Shown: positions 48,386 to 60,493, counted from the stretch's first letter. The stretch is DNA of 64,000 nucleotides from an uncultured Chloroflexia bacterium (GCA_963813335.1 CAWEYL010000001.1:1056001-1120000), one strand, 5' to 3'. Translations and numbers: made by a program. The notes: generated by a model not told the origin, from the letters alone.

Positions 48386-49129
48386 TTACCCGGGACCGCT
48401 TCCACCGCCGCTGCCGCCGCTGCCGCCGCCACCGCCACCGCCACCGCTGTCGTCGCCCGTCTCCTGCGGCTCTGGCGTCTCGGTCGGCTCGTCCGTCTCG
48501 TTCGGCTCGGGTGTCTCGGTCGCCCTCGGGGTCCTCCCCGGCCGAGGCGTCCGTTGATCCTCGGCCGTCTCGGTCGGTTCGGCCGTCTCGGTCGGCTCGG
48601 CGGTCTCGGTCGGGCGGGCGGTCGAGTCGTCGGTCTGGGTGGGTGCCGCGTCCTGGCTCCGCCTCGGTGTCGGCACGGGCGTCGGTGGCGCGGTGACGAC
48701 CGGGGTGGGCGTCGGGCTGGGGTTGGAGCTCAGGAACGCCGCCGCCCCGACCCCGACGAGTGTGGTCATCGATCCGAGGGCCACGACCGCCACGAGCACG
48801 AAGGCGAGCGCCTGGGCGCGGACCGCGAACGGCCGCCCGGGCGCCGCGGCGACCCGCCACGCGTCGCGGAACGAGAGCAGGAAACCCGCGAGGAGCCCGC
48901 CGCGAAGGCTGCGACCCGACGTGATGACGAGACGCGCCGGCGCCTCGACCGCGATGGCCGCCATCACCCGGTCCTCGAACCCCGGCGTCGGGACGACGGC
49001 GTCGAGCGCGGTCAGGGCCTCGAGATCGCGCGCCGCGGCAGTCGCCAGCGCCATCTCGGCCTCGGACGGGCCGGGGCCGGCGTCGGGCTGCACCTCGGAC
49101 GGCTGGAAGCGCCGATCCGGGCCGTTCAT
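48386..49129 (-). CDS. Putative anti-sigma factor (single TM, TETAEP-repeat tail)
   Basis: ATGA-coupled to the ECF sigma gene; PTPGFEDRVMAAI motif, one TM and a low-complexity tail. Confidence 0.7.
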   Translation of the reverse strand: MNGPDRRFQPSEVQPDAGPGPSEAEMALATAAARDLEALTALDAVVPTPGFEDRVMAAIAVEAPARLVITSGRSLRGGLLAGFLLSFRDAWRVAAAPGRPFAVRAQALAFVLVAVVALGSMTTLVGVGAAAFLSSNPSPTPTPVVTAPPTPVPTPRRSQDAAPTQTDDSTARPTETAEPTETAEPTETAEDQRTPRPGRTPRATETPEPNETDEPTETPEPQETGDDSGGGGGGGGSGGSGGGSGPG

Positions 49130-49815
49130 CGGGCGCCCCCCTCGGCCATCGATTCGCGCAGGCGGAGCAGGCCGCGGTGGAGATGGGTCTTGACCGTCCC
49201 GAGCGGGCGCCCGGTCTGCGTCGCGATCTCCTCGAGGCTGAGCTCGCCGAAGAAGCGCAGGGTCACCACCTCACGGTACGGCTCCGCGAGCGAGGCGAGC
49301 GCGGTGCGCACGTCGGTCGCGCCCTCCGCGCGGATCACGAGGGACGATGGATCGGTGCGCGCAGCCGCGTCGATCGAGGCGCGGTCCACGGCGCGGTCGA
49401 CCGGGTCGCTGGCCTCGGCGCCGGGGGTGCCGGCATCGCGCCAGCGGACGGTCTTGCGCTTCCCCGCCTCGCGCAGCGCGATGCGGACCGCGATGCGCGT
49501 CAGCCACGCACCGAGCGGCCCGTCGCCGCGCCAGGTCGAGAGCGATCGGTAGGCGGTCACGAAGGCTTCCTGCGCGGCATCCTCGGCCGCATGGAGGTCG
49601 CCGAGGACCCGGTGGCACGCTCGCACGACCCCGACCGACTCTCGGTCGACCAGCCGGCGGAAGGCGTCGCGATCCCCGGCCAGGACGGCATCGACGATGG
49701 CATGGTCACCGGCGAAGTCGTCCGATCGATCGGGGAATGCGGCGTCGCTGATCGTCGGCCTCCGGGCTGAGCGGCCCGGCCTTGCGTCGGACGCGAAGGC
49801 CGCTGCCGTCCCCAT
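49126..49815 (-). CDS. ECF sigma-70 factor
   Basis: GDRDAFRRLV, AEDAAQEAF, AWLTRIA, LRFFGELSLEEIA, GTVKTHLHRG. Start uncertain (49815 or 49863). Confidence 0.92.
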   Translation of the reverse strand: MGTAAAFASDARPGRSARRPTISDAAFPDRSDDFAGDHAIVDAVLAGDRDAFRRLVDRESVGVVRACHRVLGDLHAAEDAAQEAFVTAYRSLSTWRGDGPLGAWLTRIAVRIALREAGKRKTVRWRDAGTPGAEASDPVDRAVDRASIDAAARTDPSSLVIRAEGATDVRTALASLAEPYREVVTLRFFGELSLEEIATQTGRPLGTVKTHLHRGLLRLRESMAEGGAR

Positions 49816-49890
49816 GATGCCGCGGACCGCGGGAGTCCACCGAGGGTCATGGGGATCGTCCACGCAGGTGGAGCGGATCTGGACCGGACG

Positions 49891-50355
49891 TCAGTCGTCG
49901 CCGCCGCCATGGCTGTCGTCGCCGCCGTGGTCGTCGTTGGCGTCGTGGTTGGCGCCGTCGTCATGGCCGCTCTGGCTGTCGTCACCGTGGTCGTCGTTGG
50001 CGTCTTCGGCGGAATCGTTGCCGCTGGTCGCGCCATGGTCGTCCGCGGTCTCCTTCGGCTCGGCGGTGCCCTTCGGCTCGGCCGTTTCCTTCGGCTCGGC
50101 GGTCTCGGTCGGCTCGGCGGTCTCGGTCGGCTCGGCGGTCTCCGCGGCCTCGGTCAGGTCCGCCGGCTCGGTCGTCAACGTGGCGTCGGTCAGGTCCGCC
50201 GGCTCGGCGGTCTGCGTCGGCGCGGCGGCAGGCACCACGGCCGGCTCGCTGGCCGGCCCGCTCAGGCTGTTGGCCGCGAAGGCGCCGCCGACGATGAGGA
50301 AGGTGGACACGAGGGCGACACCGACCCCGCGGAACAAACGGGTCTGGGACGTCAT
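49891..50355 (-). CDS. Secreted acidic protein with TAEP and DDHG repeats
   Basis: Signal peptide (..GGAFA), (T/K)ETAEP repeats and an Asp/His-rich tail. Confidence 0.8.
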   Translation of the reverse strand: MTSQTRLFRGVGVALVSTFLIVGGAFAANSLSGPASEPAVVPAAAPTQTAEPADLTDATLTTEPADLTEAAETAEPTETAEPTETAEPKETAEPKGTAEPKETADDHGATSGNDSAEDANDDHGDDSQSGHDDGANHDANDDHGGDDSHGGGDD

Positions 50356-50408
50356 GCGATGGATCTCCCGGATGGGCGCCGGCCGCTCGACCGGCATCTA
50401 CCTCCCTG

Positions 50409-50434
50409 AGACCAGCACGGTCCGGAAGGTTTCA
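50409..50434 (-). promoter_or_regulatory. Putative ECF-type promoter
   Basis: TGAAAC-16 nt-GTCT upstream of the secreted gene/sigma/anti-sigma trio. Confidence 0.5.
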
Positions 50435-52011
50435 GGCGACCCCTGGATCGCCGTCGTCCGCGCCCGCGGGATCATCGGCGGGACCGGGCAGCGACGGCTC
50501 CTCGGCGCCGGCCGTGGGACCGGTGTCGGACCCGGCATCGACCGCGGCTGCCGCGCCAAGGTCGTCCGTCGGCGCGTCCGACGCCGGCCGCGGCCGCCGC
50601 GGGCAGTGGCCCGACCGCCCCGACGACGTCGTCGGGCTCGATCACGAGCCGACCGAGGTCGGCTGCCTCGAGCGCCGGTCCGAACGCGTCGACATCGCCC
50701 ACGAGCACGATCGAGGCACGCGCCACGTCGATATGGGCGGCGGCGCGCAGCACGGCGGCCGTGTCGACCGCCTCGATGCGGCCGCGATAGCCGACCAGCT
50801 CGTCGACCGGCAGGCCGTGCACGACCAGCCCGGCCAGCGAGCCCACGACCGCGGACGCGGTCTCGAAGCGCAGCGGGAAGACGCCGATGAGGAAGTCGCG
50901 GGCCGCGTTCAGCTCGGACGGCTCGACGCTCGTCTCGCGCATCCGGGTCAGCTCCGCGAGCGTGTCGAGGATGGCCGGGACGGTGACCTCGGTATTGACC
51001 GCGGCCCGCGCCGCGAACGGCCCCGCGCCGCGCCGCAGCTCGAACCCGGCGCCCGCGCCGTAGGTGTAGCCCTTCTCCTCGCGCAGCTTCATGTTGAGGC
51101 GCGAGTTGAACAGCCCGCCGAGGATGGCGCCCATGACCGAGACGGCGTGGAAGTCGTCGATCCGGCGGGGCAGGCCGCGATGGCCGATGCGGATCTCGGT
51201 CTGCACCGAGCCCGGCCGATGGACGACGCGGACCAGGCGGCCGGCCGTCGAGCCGGTATCGTCGATCGCGCCCGACGAGGCGGCCGAGCCCGCGGGCCAG
51301 CCGTCGCCGAACAGCCGCGTCGCGACGGCCGGGATGTCGAGACCGGTCAGGTCGCCGCCGACGACGAGGGTCGCGCGGGCCGGGTCGAGGCCGCGCGACC
51401 ACGCCGCGCGGAGGATCGTCGGGTGTCAGGCCTTCGACCGTGTCCTGCGTGCCGCCCGATGGGCGGTGGTACGGCGAGCTGGGCGCGTAGATGGTGTTGA
51501 CGAAGGCCTCCTCGGCGCGCCGCCGCGGGTCGGCCTTCGCCTGCAGGATGTCGTTCAGCCGCTCGTCGCGCAGGCGCCCGACCTCGTCGGCCGGGAACGT
51601 CGGCCGGAGCAGCATCTCGGCGAGCAGCTCCAGTGCCTGCGGCAGCCGGTCGGCGGGGACGTCGAGGCTTGCCGAGAAGGCGTCCCAGCCCGCGTCGGCG
51701 TGGAGCGAGGCCCCGAGCCGCTCGGACGCCTCGATCAGCTCGATCGCGTCGTAGCGCTCGGTGCCCTCCGAGAGGGCCCGCGCCGCGAGGACCGTCGCGC
51801 CCGCCTGCGCCGCCGGCTCGTCCACGGCGCCGTTGCGGAGCACGAGGGTCGCCGACACGAGCGGGCGGCCCGGCAGGTCCGCGACGAGCACCCGGAGGCC
51901 GTTCCCGAGGCGATGCTCGGCGACGGTCGGGAATTCGTACGGCCGGGGCGTCCCGGGCTTCGGCCGCTCGGCGACCACCGGGCCGTCGCGGCGCACCTCG
52001 GTCGCGCTCAT
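50432..52011 (-). CDS. M16 (pitrilysin-family) peptidase, non-catalytic subunit; frameshifts near 51420 and 50590
   Basis: LGNGLRV, ALSEGT, ILGGLFNSRLNMKLREEKGYTYG across frames. Confidence 0.85.
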
Positions 52012-53342
52012 GCGGCCTCCTCCTCGGACTCGTCGTCGGACAGCGCCTCGTCGTCGGCGGCCGGGCCTTCGGGAAGGTACGTCAGCACCAGGCGGTTGTC
52101 CTTGCGGAACACGTCCGCCGCGGCCTGGCGGATGGCGTCCGGGGTGACCGCGAGGTAGCGCGGCAGGATCTGGTTGATGACGTCGGGATCGTCGAACAGC
52201 GTGGCGTACATCGACAGCCGGTCGGCCCGCTCCTCGACGCGCTGGAGCGCCCCGAGCTCGTCGGCTTCGACGAGGGCATGCGCCCGGGCGAGCTCGTCGT
52301 CGGTCACCGGTTCGACCGCGAGCCGCTCCAGCTCCTCGTGGAACGCGGCCTCGACGCGGGCGATATCGACGCCCGGACGGGCGGTCGCCCAGCCGGCCGT
52401 GATCGAGGCACCGCCGACGAAGCCCATGCTGAACAGCGCCACGTCCTGCGCGATGCGCTCGTCGCGCACGAGCCGGCGGTCCAGCCGGCTCCCCTTCCCG
52501 CCGGCGAGGATCTGGCCGGCGATGTCGAGGGCATCCAGGCGGCGGTCGCCGAAGACCGGGGCGCGGAAGGCGACGTAGATGCGCGGCAGCGGGACGCGGT
52601 CGCGGACGGTCTCGCGGCGCTCCCCGCCGAGCGTGGGCGGCAGCGACAGGTCGCCGAGGCGCGGGATCGAGGGGTTGGCCGGGATGGCCCCGAAGTAGCG
52701 CTCCGCCGCCTCGCGGGCCGTCGCGGTCTCGACGTCACCGACGATCGAGAGGACGGCGTTGTTCGGCGCGTACCAGGTGCGGAAGAACGCGATGACGTCC
52801 TCGAGCGAGGCCGCGTCGAGGTCCTCCATCGAGCCGATCGTCGAGTGGTGGTACGGGTGCTCGGGCGGGAACAGGTGGGCCTGGACCTTCTCCTGCCACG
52901 AGCCGTACGGGCGGTTGTCGTAGGACGAGCGCTTCTCGTTCTTGACCACCTCGCGCTGGTTGTCGAGGTTCTCCTGGCTCAGCGCGTCGGGCAGCGTGGC
53001 CATCCGGTCCGCCTCGAGCCACAGCGCGAGCTCCAGCTGGTGGGCCGGGAGGGTCTCGAAGTAGTTGGTCCGGTCGAGCCAGGTGGAGCCGTTCATCGTG
53101 CCGCCCGCCGCCTGGACGATGGCGATGTGCTCGGCCTTGGCGACGTGCTTGGAGCCCTGGAACATCACGTGCTCGAAGAGGTGGGCGAAGCCGGTGCGAC
53201 CCGGCGTCTCGTGCTTGGACCCGACGTCGTACCAGAGGTTGACCGCGACCACCGGGGCGAGGTGGTCCTCGGCGACGATGACGCGCAGGCCGTTCGCGAG
53301 GCGCTCGTCGGTGAACGTGACGGTCGGGACGTGGGTGGGCAC
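52008..53342 (-). CDS. M16 zinc peptidase, catalytic subunit
   Basis: GFAHLFEHVMFQGS (HxxEH), NGST..DRTNY, VVKNEKR. Confidence 0.93.
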   Translation of the reverse strand: MPTHVPTVTFTDERLANGLRVIVAEDHLAPVVAVNLWYDVGSKHETPGRTGFAHLFEHVMFQGSKHVAKAEHIAIVQAAGGTMNGSTWLDRTNYFETLPAHQLELALWLEADRMATLPDALSQENLDNQREVVKNEKRSSYDNRPYGSWQEKVQAHLFPPEHPYHHSTIGSMEDLDAASLEDVIAFFRTWYAPNNAVLSIVGDVETATAREAAERYFGAIPANPSIPRLGDLSLPPTLGGERRETVRDRVPLPRIYVAFRAPVFGDRRLDALDIAGQILAGGKGSRLDRRLVRDERIAQDVALFSMGFVGGASITAGWATARPGVDIARVEAAFHEELERLAVEPVTDDELARAHALVEADELGALQRVEERADRLSMYATLFDDPDVINQILPRYLAVTPDAIRQAAADVFRKDNRLVLTYLPEGPAADDEALSDDESEEEAA

Positions 53343-53469
53343 GCGTGGGCTCCGATGCTGATGGGTGGCGTCGATCGTAGCGCCTTCGGCCGATGCCGGC
53401 CGACGCGCCCGCCGGGCCCATGCGGGCGGTCCGAGGCGCCCTCCGCGCAAGCCCCGTAGACTCCGGGCC

Positions 53470-54128
53470 ATGCAGCTTCCTTCGCCCGTTCGGCGCCCCG
53501 GGCTCGTCATGGGCGCCGCCACCGTCCTCGTCCTGCTCCTGCCCGGCCTCGTCGCCGCGCATGCCGAGCTCGAGACGTCATCGCCGAAGGACACCGAGGT
53601 CGTCCAGGGCACGCCCGTCGAGATCTGGGGCACATACAGCGAGGCCATGAAGGTCGACGGCAGCTCGCTCGTGCTCCAGGACGCCGGCACCGGCAAGGAG
53701 CTCGCCAGGGGCGGCGTGGACCCGGCCGACGCGCAAGCGGATGGTCATCACGCCCGTGCCCGAGCTCGTGTCGGGCGACTACATCGTGAAGTCGACGACG
53801 GTCTCCGCCGCCGACAATGACATCGACCGCAAGCAGTGGATCTTCACGGTCGTGGCGGCCGCCTCGCCGAGTCCGAGCGCGACCCCCGCGCCCGACGGCG
53901 TCGCCGAGCCCGAGCGCCGCGCCATCGGCGACCCCGCCCGCGACCGCGAGCGCGGCCCCGACCACCTCTCCGGCCGCCACTCCCGCGCCGTCGCCCAGCG
54001 GCTCAGGGAGCGACGCCAGTAGTGGGAGCGACGCCCTCCTGCCGATCCTGGTCGTGCTCGGCCTCCTGGCCGTCCTGGGCGTGTACCTGTTCACCCGGCG
54101 CGGGGCGTCGACCACGACCAAGCCATGA
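53470..54128 (+). CDS. copC: CopC-like metal-binding protein with Pro/Ser linker and C-terminal membrane anchor (frameshifts near 53735 and 53893)
   Basis: Signal peptide then HAELETSSP, YSEAM, GDYIV..VSAADND..FTV; C-terminal TM followed by RR. Confidence 0.75.
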
Positions 54129-55546
54129 TCCCCGGGCGCCCCAGGCGCCTGGCCCCCCGGCTCGCGGCGACGGTCTCCGCGGTCCTCGCTGCGTCCGTCG
54201 TGGCCCCGGCGGCCGTCTTCGGCCATCAGCTCAACGCGACCTACACGAGCCGGCTGCCGCTGGCGGTCTACCTGGCCGGCGCGGCGATCGCGGTCGGGCT
54301 CTCGTTCCTGTTCGTGCTTGCCCGCGACGTGCGGGCCACGCCGCCGGTCACCACCGCGCCCGGCCACCTGCCGCCGGCGGCGCTCCGGATCGCGTTGCGG
54401 GTCATCGGCCTGGTGGCGGTGGCGTGGATCGCCGCCCAGGGCATCCTCGGGAACACGAGTGCCGGCTCGGTGGCGCCGCTCTTCCTGTGGGTCTACGGCT
54501 GGGTGGGCCTGGCCATCGTCTCGGCGGCCATCGGGCCGGTCTGGCACTTCCTGGACCCGTTCTCGACCCTCCACGACCTGGGTGCGGGGCTGCTGCGCCG
54601 CCTTGGGGTCGGCGCCTGGTCGCCAGCTGCCTATCCCGAGCGGCTGGGCCGCTGGCCGGCGGCGATCGGCTTCGCCGGCTTCGTGTGGCTCGAGCTCGTC
54701 GACGCCGGCGGCGGGCCGTCGACCCTGTTCGTCGTGCTCGTCGGCTACACCGCGTTCACGCTCGCGATGATGGCCCAGTTCGGCCGCGACACGTGGCGGG
54801 CGAACGGGGAGACGTTCACGGTCTGGTACCGCCTGCTCGGGCGGCTCGCGGCGTACGCCCTGGTCGACGAGGACGGGCGGGTCCGGCGGCGGTCCTTCGC
54901 GAGCGGCCTGCTGGAGCCGGGCTGGTCGGTCGCCGACGCCGCGCTGACGGCGCTCGGGGTCGGCTCGATCCTCTTCGACGGCCTGTCGCAGACGCAGCCG
55001 TTCTTCGACGTCTTCGGGGCGCCCGGGACCGCGCAGGAGACGGTGCTGCTGTTCGCCTGGCTCGGGGTCCTGGTCCTCGCCGCGCTCATGCTGACGCGGG
55101 TCGTCGGGATCGCGCGCGACCGGGGCCGGGCTGCTGCCGATCGCGCGTGGGCTACCTGATCGCCCACTACCTGACCTACCTGCTGATCGACGGCCAGAAC
55201 ATCCTCGTCGCCATCTCCGACCCGTTCCAGCAAGGGCTGGGACCTGTTCGGGACCGCCTTCCACGAGGCGTCGGGGGCGTGGCTGCCGCCGGGGCTCGTG
55301 TGGACCGCGCAGCTGGCGGCCGTCGTCGGCGGGCACATGCTGGGCGCCTGGGGCGGGCACGTGAACGCGGCCGCGCACGCGCCGGCGGGCACGGACCCGA
55401 AGGCCATCCGCCGCCGCGAGGTCCCGCTCGCGGTCGTGATGGTGGCGCTGACGACGCTCACGCTCTGGTCGCTCGGCCAGGCGATCGTGGTGGCCCCGCC
55501 GGAGACGCCGGCGGCGTCGGCGGTGGTCGTCGTGGGCGGTCCGTAG
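54125..55546 (+). CDS. Conserved polytopic membrane protein (frameshifts near 55115-55235)
   Basis: ATGA-coupled to copC; LGRWPA..FVWLEL, FDGL, YLIAHYL, SDPF..GWDLFGT, GHMLG. Confidence 0.75.
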
Positions 55547-55865
55547 CCTCAGGCCTCCCGTGCCGCGACGCGGCGTTACCCGCGGCCGCCCCCAAGCCGG
55601 GCACCCGCCGCCCGGCGGCCAAACCTGGCAGGACGACCATCCACAGAACGTTATGGCCGATGCGCCCCGGACTTGGGCGGCCTGCGGTCGGCTCAGCCGG
55701 GCCGCTGAGCACGGATCTCGTCGGCCTGCGCCTTCGTGACGGCCGATCCGACCGGAGCAGGGCTCGCGACCGGCCATAGCGTTCCCCTGGCGAGCGTCTT
55801 GCCGGGTCGCGGCACCCGGCGCGCCGCCGGGCACCCTAGCCCGGACCGCGTCTACCGGACCGCGT

Positions 55866-58800
55866 CTACCCGACTGCGACCGCCGCGCCGCCCGGCACCC
55901 ACTCCTCGAGCGAGCGCACGTCCGAGAGCCGCTCCATGATCGACGGGTCGAGCGCCTCGGCCGCGGCCACCGCCGTCTCCATCGCGGTCAGGCAGAGGAT
56001 CCCCTCGCCCGTCGCCGCCAGCCGGATCTCGGCCGCGTCGCGGACCGCGCCCGAGCGCGGCGTCGGCGTGTTGACCACCAGCCGGACCTCGCCGTCCGCG
56101 ATCAGGTCGAGGATCGCGACCTCGCCGATCGAGCTCGTCCGCCGCCTCGCCGAGCTTGGCCACGGGTCGGGCCTCGTAGCCGGCGGCGGCCAGCGCGCGC
56201 CCGCGTGCCCGGGCGTCGCCGCCAGCCGGTAGCCGGCCGCCGCGAGCGCCGCCGCGAGCCGCGGCAGCGTCCCCTTGTCGCGGTCCGCGATCGAGAGCAG
56301 CGCCAGCTCGCCGGCCTCGCCCGGCCGCGGCGGCACGAGTGCCGCCCCGAGCAGCGCCTTGGCGAGCGCCACCCGCGGGTCGGTGTGCATGCCCGATCAC
56401 CTCGCCGGTGGACTGCATCCCGGGCCCGACGGACGGATCCACCCCGCGCAGCTTGGCCGTCGAGAACGCGGGGGCCTTGACCGCGACGAACGGCGGTGGC
56501 GGCAGCAGCCCGCCGTCCCAGCCCAGCTCGGGAAGCGTGGCGCCCAGCGAGATCCGCACCGCCAGCTCGACCATCGGCACGCCGGTGACCTTCGACATGA
56601 ACGGCACGGTCCGCGAGGCGCGCGGGTTGACCTCGATGAGGTAGACGCCGTCCTCGCGGACGATGAACTGGGCGTTGACGAGGCCGCGCGCGCCCAGCGC
56701 CAGCACGATCCGCTCCATCGTGGCGACGATCAGGTCCTGGTCGCCGGCGGACACGGTCTGCGGCGGGAACATCCCCACGGAGTCGCCCGAGTGGACGCCC
56801 GGCCCGCTCGACGTGCTCGAGGAGGCCCGGGATGAGCACGCGCTCGCCGTCGGAGATGGCGTCGACGTCGACCTCGATGCCCTCGAGGTAGCGGTCGATG
56901 CGGACGGGGCGGTCCGGGTCCACGACCGTCGCCATCGCCAGCTGCCGCTCGAGGTCCTCGGGCGAGTAGCAGAAGTCGATGGCGAGGCCGCCGATGACGA
57001 ACGACGGCCGGACGATGACCGGGTAGCCGATGCGCTCGGCCAGCGTCAGCGCCTCGTCGACGCTGTGGGCCATCCCGCCCTCGGGCTGCGGGATCCCGAG
57101 CCGGTCGAGCAGCGCCGAGAACCGGGTCCGCTCCTCGGCCTGGTCGATGGCCTCGAGGTCGCTCCCCAGCAGCGGCACGCCGCCGGCGGCCAGCGGCGCG
57201 GCCAGGTTGAGCGGCGTCTGGCCGCCGAACGCCACGACGGCCGGCAGCAGGTCCACGCCGGCGGGCGACTCGGCATCGATGACGCTGCGCACGCTCTCCG
57301 GGTCGAGCGGCTCGAAGTAGAGCCGCGACGAGGCGTCGAAGTCGGTCGAGACGGTCTCCGGGTTCGAGTTGATCATCACGGCGCTCCAGCCGGCGCGGCG
57401 GAGCGTGTCGGCCGCCTGGACCGCGCAGTAGTCGAACTCGATGCCCTGCCCGATCCGGACCGGCCCCGAGCCGATGACGAGCGCCGCCGGCCGCTCGACC
57501 GGCGGCGCCTCCGGCGCCGACCCGGCCGCGGCGTAGGTCGAGTAGAAGTACGGCGTCTCGGCCGCGAACTCCGCGGCGCACGTGTCGACCATCGCGTAGC
57601 CCGGCACGAGGCCCAGCGGCAGGCGCGCGGCCCGCAGCTCGTCGGCGGTCGTGCCGGCCAGCCCGGCCAGCTCGCGGTCCCCGAAGCCGGCCCGCTTGAC
57701 CGTGGCCAGCAGCTCGGCCGCCTCGGCGTCGCCGGCATCCGCGAGCCGGGCGCCCATCGCCGTCACCTCGCGCCTCGAGCGCGACGTTGCGGCCCATCTC
57801 CGCGAGGAACCACGCGGAGATCCCGGTCGCCTCGCCGACGACCGCCTCCGGCACGCCGCGCCGGAGCAGCCCGAGCAGCCGCCACAGCCGGCTGTCCGAG
57901 GGGGTCGAGGAACCGGCGCAGCACGATCGGGGCGGCCGGTGCGCTGCGCGTGCCGCGTCGACTCGCACGCCTGGCCGGCCTCGTCGACCCAGCGGATCGG
58001 CTCGTCGGCGTCGGGGTCGCCGGCGTAGACGCCCGCGAGGTAGTCGAACGTCGGCGTCCAGGCGGCGTCCTCGGCCAGCGGCCCGACGCCGGCCTGCTCG
58101 AGGCCGCGCAGCGCCTTGTTCAGCGCCGAGCCGAAGGTGCGGTCGATGGCCATCACCTCGCCGGTCGCCTTCATCTGGCTGCCGAGCGTCCGGTCGGCGC
58201 CCGGGAACTTGTCGAACGGGAAGCGCGGCAGCTTGACCACCACGTAGTCGAGCGCCGGCTCGAACGCGGCCACGGTCGTGCCGGTCACCACGTTCGGGAT
58301 CTCCGCCAGCCGGCGCCCGACCGCGATCTGCGCCGCGACCCGGGCGATCGGGTAGCCCGTCGCCTTCGAGGCCAGCGCGGACGAGCGCGAGACGCGCGGG
58401 TTGACCTCGATGACCGCGTACTCGGTCGAGTCCGGCGAGAGCGCGAACTGGACGTTGCAGCCGCCCTCGACGCCGAGCGCCCGGATGATCGCGAGCGCCG
58501 CGCTGCGGAGCCGCTGGTGGACGGCGTCGGTCAGCGTCTGGACCGGCGCGACCACGATCGAGTCGCCGGTGTGGACGCCGAGCGGGTCGACGTTCTCCAT
58601 CGAGCAGACCGCGATGCAGGTGTCGTCGGCGTCGCGCATGACCTCGTACTCGATCTCCTGCCAGCCGACGAGGCAGCGCTCGACCATGACCTGGCTGATC
58701 GGGCTGGCGCGCAGGCCCGGCGCGCACCCGCTCGCGATAGGCCGGCTCGGTCTCGACGATGCCGCCGCCGGTCCCGCCGAGCGTGAACGCCGGCCGGACG

Positions 58801-59307
58801 ATCGCCGGCAGCCCGATCTCCGCGAGCGCGACCTCGACGTCCTCGGGCGTTCTCGACGATCCACGAGGGGGCGTACGGCTGGCCGATCCGGTCGAGCAGG
58901 TCGCGGAACGCCTCGCGGTCCTCGGCCATGCGGATCGCCTCGAGCGGCGTCCCGAGCAGGCGGATCGGGTAGCGCTCGAAGACGCCGGCCTCGGACAGGG
59001 CCGTCGCGAGGTTGAGGGCGGTCTGGCCGCCAAGGCCGGCGAGCAGGCCGTCGGGCCGCTCCCGGGCGATGACCGCCTCGACCGCCTCGACCGTCAGCGG
59101 CTCGAGGTAGATGACGTCGGCGACCTGCGGGTCGGTCATGATCGTGGCCGGGTTCGAGTTCACCAGGATCGTGCGCACGCCCTCGGCGCGCAGCGCGCGG
59201 CAGGCCTGCGTGCCGGCGTAGTCGAACTCGGCCGCCTGGCCGATGACGACCGGCCCGGAGCCGAGGATCAGGACGGAGGCCGGCTTGCCCGGGCGATCCG
59301 CCGTCAT
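55866..59307 (-). CDS. carB: Carbamoyl-phosphate synthase large subunit (multiple frameshifts)
   Basis: [73 protein letters not shown] domain. Confidence 0.95.
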
Positions 59308-59320
59308 CGCGGGACCGGCC

Positions 59321-60464
59321 TCATCGGCGCGTCGCCGCCACGAACCGGTCGAAGACCGCGAGCGCGTCGAGCGGCCCGGGCGCGCCCTCGGGGTGGTACT
59401 GCACGGTCTCGATCGGCAGCTCGCGATGGCGCAGCCCCTCGACCGAGCGGTCGTTGAGGTTGACCTGGCTGACCCGGAACCCGGACCGCTCGGGCAGCGA
59501 CGCGCCGACGACCTGGACCTCGTGGTTCTGCGCCGTCACCTGGACCAGCCCCATCTCGAGGTCCTGGACCGGGTGGTTGGCGCCGTGATGGCCGAAGCGG
59601 AGGCGGGTCGTGTCCGCCCCGGCGGCGCGCGCCACGATCTGGTGGCCGAGGCAGATCCCCAGCAGCGGCCGGCCGTCGTCGATCACGGCCCGGGCCAGCG
59701 CGACCTGCTGCTCGAGGCGGGCCGGGTCGCCGGGACCGGGCGACAGGATCACGCCGTCGATGTCGGAGGCGAGCAGGTCGGACGGCGCGGCCGTGTGCGG
59801 GAAGACGCGGACCCGCGCGCCGCGGAAGCGCATCGAGCGCACGATGTTGGCCTTCAGCCCGAGGTCCACGATCGCGATCCGCGGGCCGGTGTCGCCGGGG
59901 TCCTCGACGTCGGTGACGGCCGTCGGCGAGACCTGCCCCACGAAGTCCTGGTCCTCCCAGCGCTGGACGGCGGCGGCCGCGGCGCGCGCCCGGTCCTCGT
60001 CCACGTCGCCGGGCGCGGTCACGATGCCGCGCAGGCAGCCGTTCGCGCGGAGGTGCCGGGCGAGCGCCCGGGTGTCCACGCCGGCGATGGCCGGGATGCC
60101 GTTGTCGCGCAGCAGCGAGGCGAGCTGGCGGGCGTCGTCGAGGACCGCGGCGGTCGCGTTGGCGACCACCAGCGCCCGCAGCCACGGGCGGATCGACTGG
60201 TCGTCGATCGGCCAGCCGGCCGTAGTTGCCGATCAGCGGGTAGGTCATCACGACGACCTGGCCCGCGTAGGAGGGGTCGGTGCAGACCTCCTGGTAGCCG
60301 GTCTGGCTGGTGTTGACCACGAGGTCGCCGCCGGCCGCCGACGGGGCGCCGAACGCGACGCCCGGGAAGATCGAGCCGTCCTCGAGCGCCAGCAACGCCG
60401 GACCGAGGTCGCCGATGCGCGGGTCGACGACGGCGCTGGCACGGGGTCGGGGCGGGGCGATCAC
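59321..60464 (-). CDS. carA: Carbamoyl-phosphate synthase small subunit (frameshift near 60210)
   Basis: LALEDG, TGYQE..TDPSY, SPGPGDP, GICLGHQ, QYHPE. Confidence 0.95.
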
Positions 60465-60493
60465 CGACCGCTCACCTGGCCCCGGATACGACG

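Noticed and set aside
50050-50220. 18-nt tandem repeats as a CRISPR or other array
   Set aside because: In-frame coding repeats with no unique spacers and no cas genes.
50432-60464. Many frameshifts in the M16 subunit, copC, the membrane protein, carB and carA (also xdhC near 30790 and the form II large subunit near 36935) as pseudogenes or programmed frameshifting
   Set aside because: The ones I traced are single-base insertions in otherwise well-conserved genes, with no slippery motifs seen, and they cluster regionally. This fits low-coverage read error; read mapping would settle it.
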